Positions 8,045 through 17,618 of a stretch of 64,000 nt of DNA are shown in pieces (positions within the stretch are counted from its first letter, which is position 1; every line of letters starts with the position of its first letter). The notes beneath the pieces are model-generated. The model saw only the letters and a list, made by a program, of their open reading frames with translations, did no database searches and was not told the DNA's origin. Origin of the DNA: Candidatus Cloacimonadota bacterium (lineage in GTDB: Bacteria > Cloacimonadota > Cloacimonadia > G963667145); the NCBI GenBank assembly GCA_963676515.1, contig OY781061.1:143041-207040 (forward strand), given 5' to 3'. Both the position numbers and the translations under genes were made by a program.

Positions 8045-8944
8045 CTAACTCAAAGCCAACATCTTATCAATACATCCTTTCGCTTTGTCCATAACATCTT
8101 TTTCTAAGACAATCTCATTGCTACCTAACTGCAAGCAATCTTTAACCATTTGTAATTCTGTCAACTTCATATCCTGACAAACAGCATCTGCTTTGAGCGG
8201 GAAAAATTTTTTGTCGGGACACTCTTGTCTTAATTTGGCGATCATTCCAATTTCTGTACCCACTACGAAGCTGCTCGCACCATTTGATTTTGCCACCGAA
8301 ATCATCTGTGAGGTAGAACAAACATGATCGCAAAGCTCGACCACTTCGGGGCAAGATTCTGGATGAATCATAATTGGAGCTTGCGGATAAAGGGCTCTAG
8401 CTCTTTGCACATCCTTCACACGGATGTCATTATGCACATAGCAATAGCCATCCACCAAAATAACCTCTTTTTTACTATTTGCCGCCACATTAGCACCAAG
8501 ATTTTTATCTGGAACAAAGATTACCTGTTCTTGAGGCAAAGAGTTAACCACTTTCGCAGCGTTGGCACTAGTAACGCACACATCGCATTCCGTCTTGGTT
8601 TCAGCGGTGGTATTCACATAGCAAGCCACTACAGCTTGGGGGTATTTCTTTTTCATAGCCCGCACCATTCCAGCATCGACCATCTCAGCCATTCGGCAAC
8701 CAGCTTGTTTTGCTGCCAATAAAACTTTTTTGCTAGGATTCAAAATTTTTGCGGTCTCCGCCATAAATTTTACTCCGCAAAACACGATGATATCCGCCTG
8801 CACATCTTTTGCTTTTTTTGCCAATTCCAAGCTATCACCTACAAAATCTGCCACCTGATAAATCTCAGAGGGTTGATAATTGTGAGCCAAAATCACAGCT
8901 TTTTTCTCTTCTTTTAGTCGCTTAATCTCTTCTAAAATAGACAT
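8045..8944 (-). CDS. nadA: Quinolinate synthase
   Basis: 299 aa. Motifs are VILAHNYQ, FVGDSLELA and IHPESCPEV, with conserved Cys residues. It lies between nadB and nadC. Confidence 0.9.
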   Translation of the reverse strand: MSILEEIKRLKEEKKAVILAHNYQPSEIYQVADFVGDSLELAKKAKDVQADIIVFCGVKFMAETAKILNPSKKVLLAAKQAGCRMAEMVDAGMVRAMKKKYPQAVVACYVNTTAETKTECDVCVTSANAAKVVNSLPQEQVIFVPDKNLGANVAANSKKEVILVDGYCYVHNDIRVKDVQRARALYPQAPIMIHPESCPEVVELCDHVCSTSQMISVAKSNGASSFVVGTEIGMIAKLRQECPDKKFFPLKADAVCQDMKLTELQMVKDCLQLGSNEIVLEKDVMDKAKGCIDKMLALS

Positions 8945-8963
8945 ATTTCTTCTCTATAATTTT

Positions 8964-10637
8964 TTAAATTTGGGGAAAAATTTCTTTTTTAATTACCGTA
9001 GGCATTTTAAACTTTTCATCTTTTTGCTGATAATCTTCTCTGTAATGACAACCTCGCGACTCCTTGCGAGACAAAGCACAAGAAGTTATCATTTTGGCTA
9101 CTAGAGTCAAATTTCTTAGCTCCAAAGTTTGTAAAGAAGCAGGAATTTTCTCATAAATATCATGAGCTGCAGAAGCCAAAGAATCTGTAATTTTGGTCGC
9201 CAAGTATAACCGCTGGTAGTTCCGCTCTATTCCACAAAGATTTGTCATAGACTCTCTGGTAATGTCCCAAAACTGGTTCATCGTAGCCTTATCCACCTTT
9301 TGAGTTTGTCCCACAGTTTCCCAATCGGGAATTTTCAGTTGAGAGACACCTTCTTCTTTGCTATGCAAAGCGTGATTTGCAGCCCTTTCGGCAAAGTAGC
9401 AACCTTCTGGCAAAGAGTTAGAAGCAAGACGGTTAGCTCCCATCAAACCTGTATAGGCAGACTCTCCCACCACATACAAGTTGCTCACATCGCTAAGCCC
9501 ATCCTCGTTAACCATCACACCACCACAAATGTAATGTGCCGCCGGCACCACAGGAATCGGATCTTTCTCCAGACAGTAGCCATTCTCGAGACATTTCTCA
9601 TAAATGCTGGGATAGTGTTTTTGGAAAAAGTCTTTACTTTTACCAGTAACACTTTTAGTAAGATTCAGCCAAACATGTTGTAATCCAAGCTCTTTAATCT
9701 TAATATCGATAGCTCTAGAAACTACATCCCTTGTAGCATGAGAGCCTCTTTCGTCAAAAGCCAAAACAAAATCTTCCTTACTTTCTCTCTGCAAAGTCAA
9801 GATTCCACCAAGATTTTCGCCCCGCAAAGCTTCGGTTATCAAAAATCGACGCTCTTTTACCTCTATCTCGGGCTGATAAAGCACCGTGGGATGAAATTGT
9901 ACAAACTCCATATTGGCTATCCTCGCCCCCGCTCTATACGCCATAGCTATCCCATCACCCGTGGCTACTACTGGATTGCTGGTGTATTTGAAAACTTTAC
10001 CAGCTCCACCTGTAGCCAAAATAGTTTTTTTGGATCTAATGGTTCTAACTTCATCAGTTTTAATATTTAGCACATAAGCACCCAAACATTTATCTTTAAA
10101 ATTGGTACTAGACAAAAGATAATTCTGTGTAATGAGATTGATAGCCATATGGTTCGCAAAACAAGCAATATTTTTCGTTTCTTTCACCCTCTGAACAAGG
10201 GTCTGGATAATGTTATGACCAGTATGATCTTCTACACAGTAGATACGCTCATGACTATGTCCACCCTCTTGATGCAAAATAAATTCGCCATTTTCCTGAT
10301 TGCTAAAATTTACACCAAATTCCAAAAGAGATTTTATAGACGAAGTGTAGAAACCTTTAATGCAATCACTTACAACTTTTTCGTTGCACATTCCATCACC
10401 CGAAACACAAGTATCTTGGAAATGGAAAGCATAATCATCTAACCCCAAGCGGACCTTCTCTTTATCTACGGCAGCTATCCCACCTTGAGCATAATAAGAG
10501 TTATTCTCATGCAATTCGTTTTTAGAAATAAGAACCACAGAACTTTGCTCATTTTTAGACAAGTGCAAAGAGGTCATAAGACCCGCTATTCCAGAGCCCA
10601 CCACCAAAAAATCACAATCAATGTTTAAGTTCATCAT
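8964..10637 (-). CDS. nadB: L-aspartate oxidase
   Basis: 557 aa. It has the FAD fold VVGSGIAGL, plus GGIAAV, VQFHPT and RGCHYRED, as in the succinate dehydrogenase/fumarate reductase flavoprotein family. Confidence 0.9.
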   Translation of the reverse strand: MMNLNIDCDFLVVGSGIAGLMTSLHLSKNEQSSVVLISKNELHENNSYYAQGGIAAVDKEKVRLGLDDYAFHFQDTCVSGDGMCNEKVVSDCIKGFYTSSIKSLLEFGVNFSNQENGEFILHQEGGHSHERIYCVEDHTGHNIIQTLVQRVKETKNIACFANHMAINLITQNYLLSSTNFKDKCLGAYVLNIKTDEVRTIRSKKTILATGGAGKVFKYTSNPVVATGDGIAMAYRAGARIANMEFVQFHPTVLYQPEIEVKERRFLITEALRGENLGGILTLQRESKEDFVLAFDERGSHATRDVVSRAIDIKIKELGLQHVWLNLTKSVTGKSKDFFQKHYPSIYEKCLENGYCLEKDPIPVVPAAHYICGGVMVNEDGLSDVSNLYVVGESAYTGLMGANRLASNSLPEGCYFAERAANHALHSKEEGVSQLKIPDWETVGQTQKVDKATMNQFWDITRESMTNLCGIERNYQRLYLATKITDSLASAAHDIYEKIPASLQTLELRNLTLVAKMITSCALSRKESRGCHYREDYQQKDEKFKMPTVIKKEIFPQI

Positions 10638-10706
10638 TCATCTTCCCCAAAACAAAACCAAACCCAGAACTAAACATTTGTTTATTCTGCAGAGATTTTG
10701 TAATTC

Positions 10707-11993
10707 TCAGCTCTTGGCTGCCATCTCCTCTAACATCTCACTTGTTACACTTTTGGGTCTTATGATAGAAGAGTTCACGCCGCGGGCGATGACAAGCTGA
10801 GCACAGAAACCTAAAATCCGAGAAACACCAAAAATCACCGTGTAATAGTCGAAACGCTCTAAGCCCAAAGCGTAAAGAACAGTTCCCGAGATAGCATCCA
10901 CATTCGGATACACAGAACTCGCCTTACCTTGCTCTTTGAGAACCACTGGTGCTACTTCGCTCATCAAGCTCACGATTTTGATCAATTTGTTGTCTGGCAA
11001 GTGCTTATTGGCAAACTTCTTGATCTCGGTAAATCTAGGATCTGTCTTTCTCAACACAGCGTGTCCATAGCCTGGGATCACTTTGCCTGTCTCCAACCAA
11101 CTACGCAAATATTTTTCCATCTGCTCTTTGTTTGGGCAACCGTCGAACTTATCTTTGATTGCCAAAACAAATTTTAAAGAATTCTGATTAGCAAGGCCGT
11201 GCAAAGGACCTGCCAAAGCGTTCAACCCAGAAGAAACAGCTCTATAAACATCAGACAAAGTTGAGCTAACAACTCTAGAAGTAAAAGCACTCGCATTGCA
11301 ACCCTCATGGTCACAATGTAGCACCAAATAAAGCCTCATCAAATCTGCAAACACATCTTCATCGGGAGTATCAATTCCAAGCATGTTGGCAAAATTTGCC
11401 GACCAATCAAGGTCTGGATCGTAGCTTTGGATAAGGTCATCTTTTTCGTAACGAATGCGATAGATAGCCGCTGCGATGCTCGGCACCTTAGCTATCAGCT
11501 CCAAACAATCTTCCAAAGTGGATTTCCAAAAATCTTTTTTCCGCAAACCTTGTTCATATTTGTCTCTAAACACAGACTCTCTCTCCAAAACCAAAATAGC
11601 AATACTAAACATCGTCATCGGGTGAGTATTGTCAGGCAATGCAAAAAGAATGTTCCAAACTTCTCTCGGCACACTAGAACGAAGAGCCAAGTTTTTTTGC
11701 AAACAGCGGAGCTCATCTTTTTGTGGCAAACTTCCAGCACAAAGAAGATAAAAAATTTCTTCCGCCTTTTTATCAGAAAGTTCACTCAAAGGATATCCTT
11801 TTATAATCAGCCCTTTATCGGCATCGACATAGGAAGTGTTGCACACCACCTCTACTATACCCCTCATTCCAGCAAAAATATTTTTAGGAGTGACTTTACA
11901 AATCTCTTTATCTCCATATTTTTCTATAATTTGAGCATTCTTTTCCCTAATTCTCAGTATCTCTTCAGAAATTCTTTTTCTTAAAGTTGTCAT
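10707..11993 (-). CDS. gltA: Citrate synthase
   Basis: Motifs are LVLHCDHEGCNASAF and PGYGHAVLR. I chose the internal ATG at 11993, which has AAGGAG ~7 nt upstream. The ORF-track start at 12077 would overlap dut by 68 nt. Confidence 0.85.
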   Translation of the reverse strand: MTTLRKRISEEILRIREKNAQIIEKYGDKEICKVTPKNIFAGMRGIVEVVCNTSYVDADKGLIIKGYPLSELSDKKAEEIFYLLCAGSLPQKDELRCLQKNLALRSSVPREVWNILFALPDNTHPMTMFSIAILVLERESVFRDKYEQGLRKKDFWKSTLEDCLELIAKVPSIAAAIYRIRYEKDDLIQSYDPDLDWSANFANMLGIDTPDEDVFADLMRLYLVLHCDHEGCNASAFTSRVVSSTLSDVYRAVSSGLNALAGPLHGLANQNSLKFVLAIKDKFDGCPNKEQMEKYLRSWLETGKVIPGYGHAVLRKTDPRFTEIKKFANKHLPDNKLIKIVSLMSEVAPVVLKEQGKASSVYPNVDAISGTVLYALGLERFDYYTVIFGVSRILGFCAQLVIARGVNSSIIRPKSVTSEMLEEMAAKS

Positions 11994-12009
11994 AAATACT
12001 CCTTTGGAA

Positions 12010-12447
12010 TTAAACATTGGTGTGACCAAATCCACCACTACCTCTTTCGGTAGCATCCAATTGGTCAACACACTCAAAACTTACTTGTGGCACTTTCGCT
12101 ATCACCATCTGTGCTATCCTATCACTATTTTCTATAATAAAATCTTTCTTACCAAAATTTGCTAAAATCACTTTAACCTCTCCTCTATAATCTGCATCTA
12201 TAGTACCAGGAGAGTTTAGAACTCCAATACCGCACTTAATTGCTAGCCCGCTTCTTGGTCTTATCTGAGCCTCATACCCTACAGGAATAGCCATAGCAAA
12301 ACCACACGGCACCAAAGCTATTTCCCCTGCAGAAATTTTTAAACTGCTCTCCAAACAAGCACTAATATCTGCTCCAGCTGCGTGTTCGCTCATCTTTTGT
12401 GGCAAACATGCTTTCTGCGACAACTTCTTGAATTTAACTCTTACCAT
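12010..12447 (-). CDS. dut: dUTP diphosphatase
   Basis: 145 aa. dUTPase motifs are IRPRSGLA, GTIDADYRGE and ERGSGGFGHT. Confidence 0.9.
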   Translation of the reverse strand: MVRVKFKKLSQKACLPQKMSEHAAGADISACLESSLKISAGEIALVPCGFAMAIPVGYEAQIRPRSGLAIKCGIGVLNSPGTIDADYRGEVKVILANFGKKDFIIENSDRIAQMVIAKVPQVSFECVDQLDATERGSGGFGHTNV

Positions 12448-13325
12448 CTACTCAGATAAAGATAGTCGGTAAATCTCTGCAACATAAGAGCTTTATCGTG
12501 GTATTTATTCAAAATGTCTTTCGCTCTTTGCATCAGTTGCTCCACCTGGTTCTTCGACTCTTGCAACCCATATAAAGCAGGATAAGTAACCTTTTGAGCT
12601 TCCTCATCTTTGCCGATAGTTTTGCCTCTTTCCTGAAAAGTTCCTTCAATGTCCAAAATATCATCCACTATCTGAAAAGAAAGCCCAACATTTCCAGCAT
12701 ACTCCTCCAGCAATTCCGTTTCTTCGGCTGAAACATCTGCCATTATACACGCCATCGTAGCTGTAGATTGGATAAATCCAGCAGTTTTATTTGTGTGAAT
12801 ATAAGCCAATTTTGCTTTGTCAACTTTCTTGCCTTGGTTATTCACATCTTCCCACTGACCTCCCACCAATCCACAAGGTCCTGCCATCTTGGACATCTTT
12901 TCCAAAATCTTTGCCTTCAACTTATCAGAAATCTCCATCTGGGAAACAATGTCATACGCATAAATCAGCAATGTGTCACCCGACAACAAAGCTATATCTT
13001 CACCAAAAAGTTTATGGCAAGTTGGTTTGCCCCTTCTAAAATCATCATTGTCTAGATACGGCAAATCGTCGTGAATCAAAGTGTATGTATGAAGCATCTC
13101 CAAGGCTGCACCCAACGGCAAAATAGGTTGAATATCTTTCTCAAAAATCGAGTAAATCTTGATCAACATATAACTACGAATCCCCTTCCCTCCAGCGAAA
13201 AGCGAATGTCTGATAGCTTTGTGAATATTTTTGGGATACTCATCTTTGCGTGGCAAGAATCTATCAATTTGAATATTCACGGTTTCTCTAATTTTTTTGA
13301 GATCTTTTTTTAAAGCTTTATACAC
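12441..13325 (-). CDS. ispA: (E)-polyprenyl (farnesyl/geranylgeranyl) diphosphate synthase
   Basis: 294 aa. The first Asp-rich motif is IHDDLPYLDNDDFRRGK and the second is VDDILD. It is coupled to xseB as in many bacteria. Confidence 0.85.
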   Translation of the reverse strand: MYKALKKDLKKIRETVNIQIDRFLPRKDEYPKNIHKAIRHSLFAGGKGIRSYMLIKIYSIFEKDIQPILPLGAALEMLHTYTLIHDDLPYLDNDDFRRGKPTCHKLFGEDIALLSGDTLLIYAYDIVSQMEISDKLKAKILEKMSKMAGPCGLVGGQWEDVNNQGKKVDKAKLAYIHTNKTAGFIQSTATMACIMADVSAEETELLEEYAGNVGLSFQIVDDILDIEGTFQERGKTIGKDEEAQKVTYPALYGLQESKNQVEQLMQRAKDILNKYHDKALMLQRFTDYLYLSRW

Positions 13326-13515
13326 TCTCGTTTTGCTCCTTATCTAGCTCTATCAATTTGTTTTCGACAACTTTTAACTTCTTTTTGCAATATTTCACCA
13401 AATCTTGACCCTCTTTGTAAAGTTCCAAAACTTGATCAAACTCTAAATCGCTATTTTCCAACTTATCTACAATTTCATCGATCTGTTTCATGCTTTCTTC
13501 AAAACTTTTTTTCAT
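13318..13515 (-). CDS. xseB: Exodeoxyribonuclease VII small subunit
   Basis: 65 aa, helical. The SFEESMKQIDEIVDKLE type N-terminus and the xseB-ispA overlap are typical. Confidence 0.8.
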   Translation of the reverse strand: MKKSFEESMKQIDEIVDKLENSDLEFDQVLELYKEGQDLVKYCKKKLKVVENKLIELDKEQNESV

Positions 13516-13527
13516 AAAATTGCCCTA

Positions 13528-13577
13528 TATAAAAAATTTACTTCAAACCTTTTCCACTGGAGAATATTTGAAGTAAA
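13528..13577 (-). terminator. Intrinsic terminator or attenuator between the M23 peptidase gene and xseB
   Basis: Perfect 11-bp arms (13537-13547 TTTACTTCAAA and 13567-13577 TTTGAAGTAAA) with a 19-nt loop, followed on the minus strand by U6. The stem is AT-rich and the loop is large, which lowers confidence. Confidence 0.45.
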
Positions 13578-13591
13578 ACAGTTAAAAAATG

Positions 13592-14527
13592 CTATTTAGC
13601 GGCTAAATTCAAATCGGTAGATTTACTAAGATAAGGTTCGGGGTTTCTATAACTTCCATATCTACGCACTTCGTAATGCAAATGGGAACCTGTAGACCTG
13701 CCAGTAGATCCCATATAGCCGATTATTTCACCTTTATTAATTCTTTGCCCTCTTTCCACTAGTACTTCTGACAAGTGAGCATAACGCGTGGAAAAACCAT
13801 ACTTGTGTCTAATTATTATATTTTTCCCAAAACTTCCCGAACTGGCACTTTTAGACATAATTACCACACCGTTGGCAGTAGCGTGAACGGAAGTTCCCTT
13901 TCTGTTGGCTATATCGATGCCTTCGTGAAATATTTTCCTGCCCAAAATCGGGTGAACTCTATAACCGTAAGGACTAGTAACATAACCATACACTGGATAA
14001 ATAGTCGGTGTATTTTCGTACATATCTTGACGAAACTCACTATTTTTTTTCAACTCAGACATCAATTCAGTTTCTAGTTCCACTCTAACTATAAGTTGTT
14101 CCAATTGTAATTTCAAAAAAGCACAATCTAACCTAAGATCAGAAGGAAGCTTCGAGGTAGCACTATCCAAAGAAGGAACACCACCAATACCCATCTGACG
14201 AATCTGTGGATCGACTGGCTTGAAATTTCTTTGCTTGCGGATTTGACTTTCCCAAGAACGAACAGCACCTAGCTTAGCCTTTACAGAATCTATAGCTTGA
14301 TTAAACTCACTGAGCTGATTTCTAAGTATTTTATTCTCTTCTTCTAACATTTCTTGTTGATCTATCTTGTCAAAATAAGAGCCGACAGTGCTCATCTTCC
14401 ACAAAAAAATGCACAATGTCAAGCTAAAAAGGAAAAGGAAAGATAGAAAAGTTTTGTTGGAGAAAGAGAAAGTATAGCTTCTCACCCACTCTATATGTCC
14501 AAAACTAAAAAACCATCTTTTTTTCAA
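13592..14527 (-). CDS. M23/LytM-family peptidoglycan endopeptidase with N-terminal TM anchor and coiled coil
   Basis: 311 aa. The catalytic motifs HEGIDI and GSHLHYEV are intact. A coiled-coil segment lies upstream, as in EnvC/NlpD-like proteins. Confidence 0.8.
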   Translation of the reverse strand: MKKRWFFSFGHIEWVRSYTFSFSNKTFLSFLFLFSLTLCIFLWKMSTVGSYFDKIDQQEMLEEENKILRNQLSEFNQAIDSVKAKLGAVRSWESQIRKQRNFKPVDPQIRQMGIGGVPSLDSATSKLPSDLRLDCAFLKLQLEQLIVRVELETELMSELKKNSEFRQDMYENTPTIYPVYGYVTSPYGYRVHPILGRKIFHEGIDIANRKGTSVHATANGVVIMSKSASSGSFGKNIIIRHKYGFSTRYAHLSEVLVERGQRINKGEIIGYMGSTGRSTGSHLHYEVRRYGSYRNPEPYLSKSTDLNLAAK

Positions 14528-14677
14528 TTTTGACCTCTCCTTTTATTCTTTTGTTATTAGATAAAACCTTTCTATTAAAGACATAAAGCAAATTTGTTAT
14601 AGCTGTGTCAATTTCTTTTTACAACTTTTTGTTTTTCAAGGCGTTTTGCGTTTTTCCCCGATTATCTTTCTTAACGA

Positions 14678-15934
14678 TTATCTTATCTTATCGGATATTA
14701 TTTGTATGACCTCTTGGTAATGGCTGTCTTCTACGACTATCACAGCTGTAGCGGAGATTTGCTCAAAACTAAAATCGATAATAGGTAAATCTTGCAAATC
14801 GGCAACAAAAGACAAAACTTTTGCCCAGTCTAATCCTTGCCCAACTAAGCCCAAAACGGTGTATTTCTCTTTGTACAATACAAGTTTACATTCCAGCTCT
14901 TCGGGTAATTTGTCGGTCTCGTACTTACCATAAATATATGCGTAGTCTGCCGTAAATCTGCTAAAAATTGATTTGAAGCCTAAGTTTTTCAACGCAGATA
15001 TATCTTTAGCCAACTCTCTCTGATCTAAATTTTCTTTGTTTATGCTTATCTTAGAAAGGTTTTTAACACCCGAAACTGCAACCACAGGCATTTTTTTTAC
15101 TTCTCTTTGGCAAGAGATAGTTGTTCCCTTGTCTTCTGGTCTCAAAGTATTTTTTATTTGAATAGGAATACCCGCTGCTGCCACAGGTGATATCGCCTCA
15201 CTGTGGAAAACATTCGTCCCAAAGCAAGCCATCTGCCGAAGCTCGGCGTAAGTTATCTCGGGTACAAAAGAGGGGTTATCTACAATTCGCGGATCAGCAG
15301 TTAACACTCCTGAAACATCCGTCCAATTTTGATAAACATCAGCTTGAGCACAAACAGCCAAGATGGCACCAGTAATATCCGATCCTCCTCGTGAAAAAGT
15401 TTTAATTTTACCATCTTTATCCAAACCATAAAATCCCGGCACTATGGTCGAAATATTTCTATCCAAAATTTTTGCCCCTAACTCATAAGTAAGAGAATCG
15501 ATACTCCCATCATCTCTCAAACGAACAAATTCTGCAGCATCTACAAAGCGAAACCCCAAATATTCACTAATGAGTAAGGCGTTAAGATATTCTCCCCTAG
15601 AGGCTACAAAATCCTGACTAACTCCCTGCAATATCTCTTTTGCAATAGCATCCAAAGCTTCCAAAACCGCCTTACCTTCTACTGCAAGCCCCTTTATCAT
15701 CAACTCAAATCTAGATTTTATCTCTAAAAAAATGTTACCAAATTTTGATTCTTGAGAAGTATTAGCAGCCAAAGAATAAAGCAAATCGGTTACTTTAATG
15801 TCTTGGTCAAATCTTTTTCCAGGAGCAGAAACCACTACCATAGAAACTTCAGTGACACTTTTGATTATTTTCGCTACCGCTTTAATTTTGGTAGCTTCTG
15901 CTAAAGATGTGCCACCAAACTTATAAACTATCAT
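14678..15934 (-). CDS. ask: Aspartate kinase
   Basis: 418 aa. It has the MIVYKFGGTSLA N-terminus, FSRGGSD, and a C-terminal ACT-like region. It starts only 26 nt downstream of the IclR gene, which leaves no room for a lysine riboswitch. Confidence 0.85.
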   Translation of the reverse strand: MIVYKFGGTSLAEATKIKAVAKIIKSVTEVSMVVVSAPGKRFDQDIKVTDLLYSLAANTSQESKFGNIFLEIKSRFELMIKGLAVEGKAVLEALDAIAKEILQGVSQDFVASRGEYLNALLISEYLGFRFVDAAEFVRLRDDGSIDSLTYELGAKILDRNISTIVPGFYGLDKDGKIKTFSRGGSDITGAILAVCAQADVYQNWTDVSGVLTADPRIVDNPSFVPEITYAELRQMACFGTNVFHSEAISPVAAAGIPIQIKNTLRPEDKGTTISCQREVKKMPVVAVSGVKNLSKISINKENLDQRELAKDISALKNLGFKSIFSRFTADYAYIYGKYETDKLPEELECKLVLYKEKYTVLGLVGQGLDWAKVLSFVADLQDLPIIDFSFEQISATAVIVVEDSHYQEVIQIISDKIR

Positions 15935-15960
15935 CTATTTCTCCTTAAAAATTCACTTCC

Positions 15961-16719
15961 TTAAGTTTTTCTAATTTGCTTCGTTATCTCAAAAGCTGCC
16001 TTAATCACATCATCAACATGAGCAGTAACTTTTTTTGAGGAAATCCTTATGCTAGGTCCAGAAAAAGACAAGCATGCCAAAACCTCATCCTCAACTCCAA
16101 AAATAGGAGCACTCACAGAGACAAGCTCATCCGAAAACTCTTTATCTTCTACGGCATAACCTTGGTTTTTGCATTTTTCCAGCTCTTTTTCCAACTCTTT
16201 TCGATCGGTGATAGTATACTTACTCAGCTGGATAAATTCCATCTTGTCCAACAACTTCTCGCGTCTGGTTTTAGTCATATACGCCAAAAACAATTTGCCA
16301 GAAGAGCAAGAATAAAGGGGGAAAACTGATGTTTTTTCAGGATTAAGCATTAGATGGTGTTCGGGTGATTTAATGCTGTGAATAGCAAAAACTTTGCTCT
16401 CTACCATCGTAGTTAGGTAAACATTTTCGTGAACAATATTCATAAGTTTTTCCATCTCTGGCTCTGCCACACTTTTTAAAACTTTGGTAACAGGAGCGGT
16501 ACGCCCCAAAGATAAAAGCTTAAAAGTCAGATTATATCCATTTTCACCTTTGTAAATATAGCCCACCTCTATAAGAGTGGCCAAAAGTCGATAAGTATTT
16601 GTCTTATTGAACCTTAATTTTTTGGTAATCTCTGGTGCAGTAATAGGCTGGTTGGCAGCGATACACTCCAAGAGACGAAAGGCTTTTCCCACCGAAGAAG
16701 ACACATTATATTTTGCCAT
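15961..16719 (-). CDS. IclR-family transcriptional regulator
   Basis: 252 aa. The N-terminal wHTH is KAFRLLECIAANQPITAPEITKKL, followed by an IclR-type effector domain. Confidence 0.85.
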   Translation of the reverse strand: MAKYNVSSSVGKAFRLLECIAANQPITAPEITKKLRFNKTNTYRLLATLIEVGYIYKGENGYNLTFKLLSLGRTAPVTKVLKSVAEPEMEKLMNIVHENVYLTTMVESKVFAIHSIKSPEHHLMLNPEKTSVFPLYSCSSGKLFLAYMTKTRREKLLDKMEFIQLSKYTITDRKELEKELEKCKNQGYAVEDKEFSDELVSVSAPIFGVEDEVLACLSFSGPSIRISSKKVTAHVDDVIKAAFEITKQIRKT

Positions 16720-16846
16720 AGCAATCCTTTTTTGTTTTCAAATTTCAAGTAAACAGTTAAATTATGAAAAATATGTCAATAATTATTAATTTAGAAAAGT
16801 AAAAAAATCTATCAAGCTTTCATTTAAGAAAAAAACTCTCAAAGTC

Positions 16847-17569
16847 TTAGAATTCTTTCTTGTTCAAACTACTATAAACATAATCTATCATGGTAAGAAA
16901 ATCAAACACTGGAAGCCCTGTTGCTCTTTGTACAACAGCCCCATAAGGGGGCAGCATACTGCATTCTAAAAGAATAGCTCCGATGCTTTTATCTTTTTTT
17001 TGAAGTAACAACGCTGCGTCTATTACTTCTTTTTCTATGGTAGCCTTATCTAAAAAACCAGATTCCGCTATCACGGTTTGTTTAAAAGCAGGTGATTCTT
17101 CCAATCCCACAATTATCAGCTTATCGTCTTTTTCCAATCCTATCTTCTGGAAAACCTTTTCCGTGAGCACTTCAGCATTTGCGGTGATAATACCTAATTT
17201 TTCTTTGCTTTTTAGCATCGACCTGATAAACGGAATTTGTAGCAAACTAGACAAAAAAACTGGCAAATTTAGTTGCTCTTTGAGTTCCTCTTGATAGATA
17301 GCCATAAATCCACAATCACCTGTGATTGCCCTTACACCTTCTCTTTGTAGCTCCTTGGCTGCCTCTATCATCGCAAAAAGGTATTTTGAATCCAATTCAA
17401 AAATTTTTTGAACAGTCAATCCTTGCACTTTTTTGAAGCGAACAGGATAATCATAACTAGTAGCATTTCCCACATCTCCAGGGATAAAAGGACAAAAAGT
17501 GTCCAGCAAAAGTATCCCAATAGATTCTCCATAGCTAGTTTGTCCTTTTTTCGCTTTATAAATCAACAT
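16847..17569 (-). CDS. Asp/Glu/hydantoin racemase-fold protein (EutA-like)
   Basis: 240 aa. Two candidate catalytic Cys sit in TGDCGFM and LLECSML, as in two-thiol racemases and maleate isomerases. Size and fold class match the ectoine-utilisation protein EutA. The call was made by eye. Confidence 0.55.
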   Translation of the reverse strand: MLIYKAKKGQTSYGESIGILLLDTFCPFIPGDVGNATSYDYPVRFKKVQGLTVQKIFELDSKYLFAMIEAAKELQREGVRAITGDCGFMAIYQEELKEQLNLPVFLSSLLQIPFIRSMLKSKEKLGIITANAEVLTEKVFQKIGLEKDDKLIIVGLEESPAFKQTVIAESGFLDKATIEKEVIDAALLLQKKDKSIGAILLECSMLPPYGAVVQRATGLPVFDFLTMIDYVYSSLNKKEF

Positions 17570-17618
17570 ACCTCCTTATAAGTAATACAAAAGAACAATT
17601 CTGTTTATACAAAAGAAA

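Noticed and set aside
11994-12077. ORF-track N-terminal extension of citrate synthase (28 extra codons) overlapping dut by 68 nt.
   Set aside because: The internal ATG at 11993 has a consensus AAGGAG at the correct spacing and lies 16 nt downstream of the dut stop (12010-12012). The extension has no similarity to citrate synthase N-termini.
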